Virus record (IMG/VR): IMGVR_UViG_2595698393_000001
Location: 11,995-75,994 of that record
Source: a virus
Lineage: Duplodnaviria > Caudoviricetes
Length of the DNA: 64,000 bases
Strand: one strand, 5' to 3'
Shown: piece by piece, positions 8,375-17,790 of the stretch
Numbering within the stretch: the first letter of the stretch is position 1
Layout: every line of letters begins with the position of its first letter
Made by a program: the position numbers and the translations under genes
The notes under the pieces: generated by a model
The model's input: the letters and a program-made list of their open reading frames with translations, nothing else
What the model was told of the DNA's origin: nothing
Databases searched by the model: none

Positions 8375-8441
8375 GTTAACACCGCCCAATTAAGGGCGAA
8401 CGCTTGCAGCCTAATAACCTATTTTATGCCGCTGCAACGGC
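8375..8441 (-). ncRNA. Pistol self-cleaving ribozyme
   Basis: Minus strand: GCCG UUGCAG CGGC AUAAAAUAG GUUA UUAGG CUGCAA GCG UUCGCCC uuaauu GGGCGGU GU UAAC. P1, 6-bp pseudoknot, P2, GCG core, P3 and G/U cleavage site are all present. Confidence 0.85.
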
Positions 8442-8576
8442 TTCAATTTTCCATCCTTCGTACTTCATTGCCCAATGTGCACTTTGACTTTGTTTCCTTT
8501 GTAACTGCATATAACATTCGTTTTCTGTTCCTGTGAATTTAATTTCTCCGTCTTGACTTAAATTATATTGTTGCAT
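8424..8576 (-). CDS. Small hypothetical protein (50 aa)
   Basis: Manual translation MQQYNLSQDGEIKFTGTENECYMQLQRKQSQSAHWAMKYEGWKIEAVAAA; its 3' end overlaps pistol P1. Confidence 0.6.
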   Translation of the reverse strand: MQQYNLSQDGEIKFTGTENECYMQLQRKQSQSAHWAMKYEGWKIEAVAAA

Positions 8577-8602
8577 GGCTTAAATGTTTTTTAGTTCTTG
8601 AT

Positions 8603-9130
8603 TTATTTAAGTTTTTTAGTATTTCTTATTTCGTTTGCTTGAGATTGAATGAAAAAACAATCTAACAAAATTAAATTTCCTTTATTGTCAATGGCTACAT
8701 TTCTAGGTGATATTTCAAATTGAATATCACTACCATAATTGGCACAAGCATCTAAGCATTCTTTTAATAAATTACGAATTGTTTTGTTTGTAATTTTATC
8801 AAATTCTTTGTGCCATGCATCCATTAAATGATGCCTATTTTCAATAAATCCAATACTTAACCCTCTTAACTCCTTATATATTTTATATTGAGACGGTTTT
8901 AAATTATTTTTTAAAGATTTAGGTCTATTATATAAAGGCATCTTATAAAGGTATTGTTCAATAATTTCTATTTGTGGTAAATGTTTTGATTCTGGAAACC
9001 AATTATTTGCCATACATTCTTTAATATAATCTGTACTTTTTAAAACAACTGTTTTTTTATCCTCTTGCATATATGCTGTAGAAAACAAGCCTTTACCTAT
9101 AATGTTATTGTATGTTATTTCGTTTATCAT
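8603..9130 (-). CDS. Protein-kinase-like fold protein
   Basis: Gly loop IIGKGLFSTAY, VVLKS lysine, catalytic-loop-like EISPRNV, LILLDCF. Confidence 0.65.
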   Translation of the reverse strand: MINEITYNNIIGKGLFSTAYMQEDKKTVVLKSTDYIKECMANNWFPESKHLPQIEIIEQYLYKMPLYNRPKSLKNNLKPSQYKIYKELRGLSIGFIENRHHLMDAWHKEFDKITNKTIRNLLKECLDACANYGSDIQFEISPRNVAIDNKGNLILLDCFFIQSQANEIRNTKKLK

Positions 9131-9177
9131 AATCGTATCTTTTAAAATGTTTATTAATTTTTTTTGTTCTGGTGAGC

Positions 9178-9405
9178 TTATTTAATTATATAGTATTTTA
9201 AAACGTGTTCAAGTTTTCCAAATGTTGATGGGCTGCAGTGATCTTTATTTTTTGGTATTGATATAAAATAACCGCTTTTAACCTGCATTAAATTCCAGTT
9301 ACTATCTTCTACCTCGTAGATATTAATAATGTCTTTAGGGTAGCTTAAAACATCTTTTATATATTCCTTTTCAAATGATTTTAAAGGCCTGTTATTTAAT
9401 ACCAT
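9178..9405 (-). CDS. Hypothetical early protein
   Basis: 75 aa ORF in the leftward operon. Confidence 0.55.
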   Translation of the reverse strand: MVLNNRPLKSFEKEYIKDVLSYPKDIINIYEVEDSNWNLMQVKSGYFISIPKNKDHCSPSTFGKLEHVLKYYIIK

Positions 9406-9599
9406 AACCCTTTTTTTGTTCCTTCCGGTGTTGTCTTCATAACCTTATTTTTATTTATTACCTAATAAATACCTTATAACGGTATTAATTTTGTTCTTCT
9501 CGTTTAATTCTTTCAGCTCTTTAGCTGTATAAACGTTTACTCTTGCTCCTGCATGTATAATTGTCAGGCCTGTTTTTGTCTGTGCCATTGGTGAGGGGT

Positions 9600-9746
9600 T
9601 TATTTTAAGTAATCCGTGTTTAAATCTCCGTTAATTAAGCCTATTACTAAACTTCCAATAGTTACCGCAATAACTCCAAGAAATAAAACCTTAATTAATA
9701 ACTCTACTTTGTTTGTGTTTTCTAGTACTCTGTTTAATGTCTTCAT
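9600..9746 (-). CDS. Small single-pass membrane protein (48 aa)
   Basis: Manual translation MKTLNRVLENTNKVELLIKVLFLGVIAVTIGSLVIGLINGDLNTDYLK. Confidence 0.6.
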   Translation of the reverse strand: MKTLNRVLENTNKVELLIKVLFLGVIAVTIGSLVIGLINGDLNTDYLK

Positions 9747-9772
9747 AATATTTATGTTTTAAATGTTTGTTT

Positions 9773-9825
9773 TAGATTAAGATGCTTCACAGCATTTCGT
9801 CCTTCTGGACTCGTCAGTTAATCTA
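9773..9825 (-). ncRNA. Type I hammerhead ribozyme
   Basis: Minus strand: UAGAUUAA CUGACGA GUCC agaa GGAC GAAA UGCU guga AGCA UC UUAAUCUA. Full core, perfect stems I-III, AUC cleavage triplet. Confidence 0.93.
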
Positions 9826-10168
9826 GATACTCCTCTTCTATTTCATCTTTTACAATTTCATAAACCTTTTCAATTGAAGTCGAATAAATAATTTGTTCAT
9901 CCCCTTCTATGTTATATTTAAAAGGCATGTTTCCGTTCATGTCTGTCATACCATCCTCGTTTGTTATCTCGTAGTCAATTCCTTTGTAGCTTCCTATAAT
10001 GCTATTCATAATCGTATCTTTTAATTTATTTAACTCTATTATTTTAAGCCTTACAATATCTATTGTATTATTCAAGTCTGTTCTGTTTATTCCTTTCAGA
10101 TTGTATTTTTTATCAAATCCATAAAGGGCATTTAATAAATCGTTATTCTCTTTTAATTCTTTTTCCAT
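9818..10168 (-). CDS. Hypothetical early protein
   Basis: 116 aa; stop codon lies in hammerhead stem I. Confidence 0.6.
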   Translation of the reverse strand: MEKELKENNDLLNALYGFDKKYNLKGINRTDLNNTIDIVRLKIIELNKLKDTIMNSIIGSYKGIDYEITNEDGMTDMNGNMPFKYNIEGDEQIIYSTSIEKVYEIVKDEIEEEYLD

Positions 10169-10186
10169 GTCTTTAGTTTTTAAATA

Positions 10187-10381
10187 TTAATATTGTCTTT
10201 CTACGTACTCGTTAATAAAATACTCTTGTATCTGTTGCATACACATCTTAATTCTATACTGTGTACATTGTGTTAAATAGTTTGCTCCTTCTTTAATAAT
10301 GTTATCACTATTAAACCATTCTTTGAATTCAACCTCTACCCCTAACTCTTGTAATGCTGTTAATGTATTTACGCTATTCAT
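10187..10381 (-). CDS. Hypothetical early protein
   Basis: 64 aa, first ORF of the leftward operon. Confidence 0.6.
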   Translation of the reverse strand: MNSVNTLTALQELGVEVEFKEWFNSDNIIKEGANYLTQCTQYRIKMCMQQIQEYFINEYVERQY

Positions 10382-10504
10382 AATCTTATCCTTTTATATG
10401 GTTAATACTCTTTAATTAGCTAGGCAGTTAGTAGCGAGCTAAATCCAATCTCTTTTATACCTTATATATAGGTATTAGATTCTGCCTAATTTTATGCTTC
10501 TTTA

Positions 10505-10600
10505 TATGTCAATGAACTTTGTGCCTCTCGCAACCCCTATAAACAGTGAGGTTATTCCCTTACACATGGCTAAAGTACATATTATATACAGTTATCGCAA
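10505..10600 (-). promoter_or_regulatory. Leftward early promoter with boxA-like element
   Basis: TTTG (~10600) plus TACTTTAG (10570-10577), followed by AGTTCATTGACATA (10505-10518), which resembles boxA. Confidence 0.45.
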
Positions 10601-11515
10601 ATAAAACAGAATAAATCGTTATCACTTGTTTTTATAGCTATTTTAAGATCAATAGATATTTCTTATAGGTCAATGAATTCAGGCCATTAGACGTGTTCTT
10701 ATTGTGGTTTACCTGCACCTATATAATAGGACTATTTAAAGACCTGTATAAATAAGGGGTAATTGTTGTAGTTTTTAGAGGTTGGCCAATGTGTGGGTTT
10801 TGTTTGTCACTAACACAAAAACGTGCGCAGAAAATAAAAAACGTGCGCATATCTGTAGAACTAAGCGAAATCCGGACATCAATACCTTATTATAGTACGT
10901 CATTACTGGAATATAGTTGCCCGTTGTGCATTGGTTGTTCAAATATTGCACGTATAAGGCGTAACTTTCTGTAAATTAGTAGGTTAATTGCTAAAAGACG
11001 TGCCCATAGTAGGAGTACGCACAATTAGTATGGCCCAAAACCACCAAATTAGTACAGATCAAAAAGTCAAAAATCTAACTGGATACATATCGAAATGCAC
11101 CCCCGTGGGGTAAATATCTCGAGTTTTCCTTTCGACCGGGATCGCTCGATACTAGTACTCCATCCCCACAACATTATCACGAGAGATTTTTTGGAATAAA
11201 AAAAGGCACCGACTATAAATCGATACCTTTTAGATGTGGGTCTCCTTTCTTTGGGTTAAACTTCCGTTATGTAAATATAGGTTAATTATTCTTAAAATCA
11301 GTAGTTTCTATCTATACTATATAAAGTAAGATAGGATTTCTCCTTTACATTACTGGTTATTAATAAGTTACGATATTTTCATTGGGCTGAGGGTGTGTCT
11401 AACTTTCATTATCTGAGACGTTTAGACATTCTGTAAAATGCTAACTTTCATCCTGAGTGAAAGTTAGACATTGGAATTACATACGATTTTTATATTAGAA
11501 TCAAAACTTTTATTA

Positions 11516-11523
11516 TATATTTG
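11516..11523 (+). promoter_or_regulatory. Bacteroidota -7 promoter element
   Basis: TATATTTG upstream of a structured leader and the YopX operon. Confidence 0.6.
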
Positions 11524-11637
11524 TCTAGCCGACCTTCACATTAAGGCGAAAGATATTCAAGGACCTATATAATTTGGAATCAGGGTGAAGGCTGAGGAAG
11601 GGTTGTACTAGGTCTTTTTTTAATTAAACTAGGGATT

Positions 11638-12003
11638 ATGGGAAACACAAGAGAGATTAAATTTAGATACAGATTGAAATTAGTATCGGATGACTGGGGC
11701 AGATACAAAGAAGGGGATATTGATGTTTTTTACTTCTCACTAAACGATAAGCAGTCTGGGCTTTATAGATTCGCTATAGACGAAAGATGGGATGTTGTTA
11801 GTTGCGATGAATACACAGGACTTAAAGATAAGGATGGGAATGAGATTTATGAAGGGGATATACTAAACAATAACACTATAGTTGTTTTTTCTTTAGAGCA
11901 AGCTTGTTATTTTTCTGGAGGCGTTCCATTATGTATGAGTCATTCACACAGAGAAGTAATAGGAAACATCCACGAGAATCCGGAACTAATCGATAAAAAC
12001 TAG
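11638..12003 (+). CDS. YopX family protein
   Basis: REIKFR...EYTGLKDKDGNEIYEGDIL...EVIGNIHENPEL. Confidence 0.92.
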   Translation: MGNTREIKFRYRLKLVSDDWGRYKEGDIDVFYFSLNDKQSGLYRFAIDERWDVVSCDEYTGLKDKDGNEIYEGDILNNNTIVVFSLEQACYFSGGVPLCMSHSHREVIGNIHENPELIDKN

Positions 12004-12008
12004 GGATT

Positions 12009-14160
12009 ATGAATAAGCCAGATATTATAGGTGTTGAGGTTTTAACTCCGGATGGAAGAGGAAGTATATTGTCATTACATCCTAGAAAAGTAATAGTTCA
12101 TTTGAACTCAAGGGGAGTCAATCAATTAATGAAAGGACTCAAAAGAGGGGAACTTCATTACGCATACGATTATTCAGATGTTGAAATAATAAAAGGTCAA
12201 TATTGTTTTAACGACGAAAGAATTAATTTGCAATACGATAAACTAACAAACTAAAGATTATGAATTTTATTAAGAGATTATTTGAAAAAAAGGAAACTAC
12301 TAATACTAACATCAATAAGAGCAAGGATCCAAGCGACTATAAAAAATGTAGCCTTAGTAGTGAATGGTACAGCGATAATCACTACTGTACTAAATGCAAA
12401 AAAAGCACAGGTCATAATGAATACATGAGTGATATATGTAATGGTTGTGGAAGCTTTGATACTCAAAAACGATTTGGAAGAAGTTATCGAAAAATAATGA
12501 TAGAAGGCAAATGGAAATACCAAGTAAGATACAAAAATGGGAATGAAGAAATAATAGATAAATGGTATTAACAAACTAAAAGGGGAAAGTTATGAATGCA
12601 AACGAATTAAGAAAGGGTATTTATGTAAGAGACAGGAGTGGTAAAGAAATGTTAATAGATTTTATTGATATGCCTAACAATAAGGTAGGTATGAATATGT
12701 TAGTCATGGGTATTCCTGTTCACCCTTTAACAGAATTTATTGACTACTTACAACCAATACCATTAACAGAAGAGTGGTTACTTAAGTTTGGGTTTGTTAA
12801 AAATGATTGGACTGATGGAGGTACAATCATTTATTACGGTTGGCAAAATGGTGCTGTTTTACTAGAGACAGATAGTAATAGTAGTTTTTTTATTTTAGAC
12901 GGAAAACACGAGGAATTTAATAATATAAAACACGTACACCAACTACAAAACCTATACTTTGCATTAACTGGAGAAGAACTAACAACTAAAAAATAAATTT
13001 AAAATTATGAAACTAAGTATTGAAACAAGTAAATTGCAAGGAGCATCACAATACAATTGGATAGCTAAGGTTGACAGCGTTAAATATGACGCCTTTAAGA
13101 TGAACTATCCAGGATCGGTTGCATACGGACAAACCGATGAACATGCATACAACAAGCTAAAAGCTATTTTAGAAAAAATGGGCCATACCGTTATAGAAGA
13201 AGAAGACGAAACTACTCCTAGAATAAAAACGGATGAATTAGGTTGGTCGGAGATAGTCAACTTAATAGGCAACGAAGACATTAGTCCGGCAGAAATACTA
13301 ACTGAGATCGCGTTAGACAAACAGAGTGTTGAGAAGGACACATTGATTGCTGAGACAAAGCTACAGCGTTTAAAAGCTAAAGAGTTGCAATTAAAAGCTT
13401 CGGCATTACATGTTATGAAGTATATAAAGAAGGAGTTTCCGTTGGTGGTAATTAACGACGGATTTATTGTTGTTGTAACTAGAGACGCAATAACCATAGA
13501 AAGTAACGTAATAAAATAACCAATGGGATATAAAGACGAGAACATCAAGCACAGAATGGGGTTTAATACTAGTAAACCTAAATACAAATGCCCTTATTGC
13601 AAGGGTGGAATAGGCGTTAAGGCTTCTTTTGTAAGTTGTCCTACATGCAAGAAGGTAGTAGACGGAGACGATTTAATAACAAGTAAATAAAGGTGATTAT
13701 GTTTCCAAAAGAAAAAGCGAAAAATCTTGTAGATAAAATGTACAAGGTAGCGACAAAAAACTATGCAGATAATGACTATGCTCAAATATTAGCAAATAAA
13801 ATGTGGTTTACAGAAGCTAAAGAGTCTGCTAAAATTTGTGTAAAAGAAATAATAACAGAATTAAATAGTATAGAGAGTAAAGATTTAAGTGATTTACAAT
13901 TTTGGAATGAGGTTGATTACGAAATAGATTCACTTCAAAATATAGGTTAAATGAAACTACTATCTAACGGTAAAGTAATACTAGAGCCACAAGAATACGC
14001 TAATGTATTAGAAACCATTAAAAGCCAAAAGAAGCTATTAGCAAACAATAACTTTTACATGGAGAAATGGACTAAAGAAATTAACTCTCTAAATAAACAA
14101 TTAGAGATTAAAGAAACTGAATTAAACGAAAGCCATTGCGGTGGATGTGTTAAAAATTAA
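12009..14160 (+). other. Run of small phage hypothetical ORFs (12009, 12260, 12592, 13007, 13693, 13951)
   Basis: Tightly packed co-directional ORFs. 12592-12996 has the recurrent IPLTEEWLLKFGF...HVHQLQNLYFALTGEEL motif; 12260 has CxxC pairs. Confidence 0.7.
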
Positions 14161-14172
14161 AACAATTAAATT

Positions 14173-14532
14173 ATGAAAAAATTATTTTTATTATTAGTAT
14201 TATTATCTTCAACTATTAGTTTTTCTCAGGATAAAGCATATAATCTTACAGTTATTGAACATTTAGGTGTTGATGTGTATAATTTGCTTTATGAAGCTAA
14301 AATATATGTAGGTGAAAATGTTGCAATTATAGATTCTGATTTATTCGATAGCGGATCTTTGAATTTTATATTTAGTTGCGTCAAGCAAGATGGAGATAAA
14401 AAGGTGTATAATGGATACATTTCTAAGGGGGATTTTAATAACTACCATTTTCATATGAGTATAACTAGCACATTAGTATATGTTAAAGTTAATGGACATG
14501 TATTCGCTTACGGTATAAAAAAGGATCAATAA
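14173..14532 (+). CDS. Secreted hypothetical protein
   Basis: Signal peptide MKKLFLLLVLLSSTISFS|Q. Confidence 0.7.
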   Translation: MKKLFLLLVLLSSTISFSQDKAYNLTVIEHLGVDVYNLLYEAKIYVGENVAIIDSDLFDSGSLNFIFSCVKQDGDKKVYNGYISKGDFNNYHFHMSITSTLVYVKVNGHVFAYGIKKDQ

Positions 14533-14598
14533 CATGAAAAACAAAATAAAAAGAATACTAGAGTGTCTTGAGCACTATCACAGATAAAATATAAGGCC

Positions 14599-14943
14599 AT
14601 GAAGATACCAAAAAGCTTTAAGTTATTCGCTACTACAATAAACGTTGAGTTCGATAGTGAGACGTTAAGCTACAACTCTACATTGGGAGACTGTAGTTTT
14701 TGCGACAACAAAATAAATCTTAGCGATAGCTATAAAGGAAATCCTATTCCAGAATCAACAATTGTTGACACGTTTTATCACGAGCGAACACATGTTATAC
14801 TCGATGCAATGGGAAGACACGAGTTATCTCAGGACGAAGAATTTGTTGAGGTATTTTCTAGGCTCCTAAGACAAGCAGACGAGACTGCGGAATTTAAGAA
14901 AGAGGAATTTGATTTATCAAAATTAATAAAAGACAGAGAATAA
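14599..14943 (+). CDS. HExxH metallopeptidase-like phage protein
   Basis: DTFYHERTHVILDAMG...DEEFVE. Confidence 0.7.
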   Translation: MKIPKSFKLFATTINVEFDSETLSYNSTLGDCSFCDNKINLSDSYKGNPIPESTIVDTFYHERTHVILDAMGRHELSQDEEFVEVFSRLLRQADETAEFKKEEFDLSKLIKDRE

Positions 14944-14944
14944 C

Positions 14945-15253
14945 ATGAAAAATATAACACTAGCATTATTACTATTAACTTCATTTATTAGCATAGGACA
15001 AATTTATGAGGATGATGAAGGTTATATTTCTACTATTATAAATCCAATTAGTATAGATGTTTATGATCGTACTATGGAAAACATTGTTCCCCTTCCATAC
15101 AATATAAACGACCATGTTTGCGATTGGAACATTAACAACGGAGTATACAATCCATGTAACGATAGTAACGAAATAGCTAAACTAAGAATAAGAATTGAAG
15201 AACTTGAAGCAATGCTAAAACGAATAGAAGCTAAATTAGATAAAAGAGAGTAA
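14945..15253 (+). CDS. Secreted protein with C-terminal coiled coil
   Basis: Signal peptide MKNITLALLLLTSFISIG|Q. Confidence 0.6.
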   Translation: MKNITLALLLLTSFISIGQIYEDDEGYISTIINPISIDVYDRTMENIVPLPYNINDHVCDWNINNGVYNPCNDSNEIAKLRIRIEELEAMLKRIEAKLDKRE

Positions 15254-15259
15254 CCCTTA

Positions 15260-15730
15260 ATGGACGGAAGAAAACTGCTTGCGGAGATTGATGCGTACGC
15301 TTCCAAGTGTTGGAGGCGTATCAATACCCATTACGGTTATTTTACGTACAGCTTTAGTTCCTACAGGCATAAGGTTATGATTGACGATCTTAAAATGAAA
15401 GAGTTAATCAATGACTGCGAAGAAGGAAAAATTAGTTACCAGGACATTGTATTTTTTATCAAAATAGTAACCATGCTAAAATTTAGCAGAGAATTTCACG
15501 AAGCTGCAGTGGTCCGGATAACCAAAGAAGACATGAAGGGATTCTGTAATAACAACTCCTACAAGTCTAGTAAAGAAAAACTTATAGAGTATAAGCTATT
15601 GATACCTACCATTAGCCGGAACCATTTCATAATCAACCCAAGGTATATCAATAAGTTCTACAAAACTAAGGTTGATATGTCGCCAGAGGACTTCAAAGAG
15701 TATAAGGAAAAACGATTGAATAAAGAGTAA
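15260..15730 (+). CDS. RepL-like winged-helix protein
   Basis: C-terminal SKEKLIEYKLLIPTISRNHFIINPRY resembles RepL-type wHTH. Confidence 0.45.
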   Translation: MDGRKLLAEIDAYASKCWRRINTHYGYFTYSFSSYRHKVMIDDLKMKELINDCEEGKISYQDIVFFIKIVTMLKFSREFHEAAVVRITKEDMKGFCNNNSYKSSKEKLIEYKLLIPTISRNHFIINPRYINKFYKTKVDMSPEDFKEYKEKRLNKE

Positions 15731-15763
15731 CTATAGAATTTTCAAATAGTTACTCTTTTTTTT
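15722..15763 (+). terminator. Intrinsic terminator
   Basis: AAAGAGTAACTAT...ATAGTTACTCTTT plus T run. Confidence 0.8.
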
Positions 15764-15837
15764 GTTCCAAATCCCGTATAAACCACTTTTTTGGTTATAT
15801 TTGCTTTATACTTATTACAAATTAAACGGGAAACAGT

Positions 15838-16398
15838 ATGAATCACGAATTAAAAGTTCAACAAGTAGTATTAAGCGGAGACGATTACTTGAATCTACAC
15901 AGAACTATAACGGCATTAGAAAAACAGAATGCAGATCAGATTAAGATTATCAATAATTTGCAAGACCTACACATTAAAATGCGCGCGAATGGAATAGGTA
16001 TTGATGATAGTGCGTATGGAGCAAAAAAAATAGTTGTCTTAAACCAATTTAACGATGAAGCTACTCTTAGTATTCGCGTTCAATCTAGAGATTAATCACA
16101 AACAATAAATAAAATGGCAAGATCAAAAAAATCGACTCCGGCAAGCGGAGAGGAATTAGACTTAACAACAAGTGCTAAGGCTAAAGAAGAAGTTACTCCA
16201 ACCAAAGAGATTGAGGTAAAGGAACCAGAAACAGTAGAAGCTCCCAAAGAAGAGGTTGTAGCTAAACCTGCAAAGATCGAATGGGACATTAAGAAGTTAG
16301 CTACTCAGAAAACAATAACAGTTATTACAAACTATATCAACAAAGGAGCAGTAGACTCTACGGAGTTAGAAGCGTTGTTAGATAGCTGTGTAAAGTAA
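15838..16398 (+). other. Two hypothetical ORFs (15838-16095, 16114-16398)
   Basis: ORF track; TATATTTG promoter at 15796-15803 and a terminator downstream. Confidence 0.6.
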
Positions 16399-16403
16399 GA
16401 ATT

Positions 16404-16438
16404 AAAAGACCTCTTATAAAACTGTAGGAGGTCTTTTT
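16404..16438 (+). terminator. Intrinsic terminator
   Basis: AAAAGACCTCTTATA...TGTAGGAGGTCTTTT. Confidence 0.75.
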
Positions 16439-16460
16439 AAAATTAATAAATCGGGAAAAG

Positions 16461-16817
16461 ATGACAAATAGATTTAAAGAGGCTAATTCAAGAGTTATAC
16501 TGTGGGCGGCAGTTAAAGGAATTTTAGCTAAGGCAACTCCTTTAACTCAACACTCTAAAACAGAAGAAGAGGTTGCGGAAACCAGAGAAGCTTTATTTGC
16601 TCAAGCAAATGGACTAGAGAATTACACAAACTCTAAAGGCAGAAAAGTTAATACTAAAGAAGAAATTAAAGACGGTATAGGAGACGAATTAGTAACCATC
16701 CTTATACAATGTGGACTTCAGGATTTAGACCCATTAGATTGTCTAGAATCGGCTTTAGATATAATCGAAAATCGTACAGGTAGAATGGTTAATGGTCAAT
16801 TCGTTAAAGATGAATAA
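16461..16817 (+). CDS. MazG-like nucleotide pyrophosphohydrolase
   Basis: KTEEEVAE...EEIKDGIGDELVT...CLESALDIIENRTGRMVNGQFVKD. Confidence 0.88.
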   Translation: MTNRFKEANSRVILWAAVKGILAKATPLTQHSKTEEEVAETREALFAQANGLENYTNSKGRKVNTKEEIKDGIGDELVTILIQCGLQDLDPLDCLESALDIIENRTGRMVNGQFVKDE

Positions 16818-17112
16818 ATCCAAAGAAAACTTTACCACTATCATGTCATCTTTGCAGCAACAGCACGACTCGGATATTCAGTTTGCAAAGGATGCAAGTA
16901 TACTGCTTAAATCAGAAGTTAATCCTTACAATAACTCACTACTTGTAAAACTATTGGTAGACGTTATGGCTTCTTGGTTTGGCGCAGAAGATTCTAAAGA
17001 CCGCATAAACCACTTCATGTACGGAATGGATTTTGGAAGATATAAAGAAAAAGAGGTCGTATCAATAAATGACCTATGGGATTCACTAGTAAAAAACAGC
17101 CAAAATGAATAA
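16792..17112 (+). CDS. Hypothetical protein (true start probably 16810)
   Basis: ORF track; overlaps the MazG stop. Confidence 0.6.
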   Translation: MVNSLKMNKSKENFTTIMSSLQQQHDSDIQFAKDASILLKSEVNPYNNSLLVKLLVDVMASWFGAEDSKDRINHFMYGMDFGRYKEKEVVSINDLWDSLVKNSQNE

Positions 17113-17344
17113 GATAGAATGGATTCCTGTAAATAGCTCACAGATTAAAGAGATATGCCACGACGGGGACTTAACACTTTACATTAAGTTTAAAAGAAAA
17201 GATACGGTTTATTCATACTGGCCGATAGAAAATATACAGTTCATTGAGTTCAAGGATGCGGAAAGCATTGGAAGCTATTTCCATCAAAACTTAAAAATGA
17301 ACAAGACTCTTGTTATCACCAACGAGAGTAAGAAAAATACGTAG
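17105..17344 (+). CDS. KTSC domain protein
   Basis: WIPVNSSQIKEICHD...LYIKFK...VYSY...FKDAESIGSYFHQNLK. Confidence 0.85.
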   Translation: MNKIEWIPVNSSQIKEICHDGDLTLYIKFKRKDTVYSYWPIENIQFIEFKDAESIGSYFHQNLKMNKTLVITNESKKNT

Positions 17345-17790
17345 CCTAATTGGAGATTTAAAATTTACCTGTCTGTAGATTGGATTGTCGGTATGGTTGT
17401 TTCATAAGTTCGGAGCTAATTAGGTGATATATTCATAAACTCCTACAAATATCGATTTGACTGGCTTACCAGTGAAAAGTAACTGGTTTTTTAATTTCAA
17501 ACAACATTAAAACAAACATAAAATGAAAAACAGAGAACCTTGGAACTTTTGTGAAACACCAAAAGAAAAATGCACAATGAATTACTGTGACGAAAATGGA
17601 TGCCAAAACCGTAAAAGAAACTGCGCAAAAGTTAAAGACCTTATAGAAGATGTTAACTTGATAAAATAAACAAATGAATTGTACATATTGCGATAAGCCA
17701 ATACCACCTAACCAAGAAAGATACTTAGGTGAAAGTGAATTGGCATTTTGCGAAGAGTGCTTTAAGATAATAAATTAAACTAAGGGAAAA

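Noticed and set aside
10789-10974. 61 aa ORF in the strand-switch region
   Set aside because: Overlaps repeats, has atypical composition and no A-rich leader; probably spurious.
16461-16817. MazG as a novelty
   Set aside because: Common accessory gene of aquatic phages.
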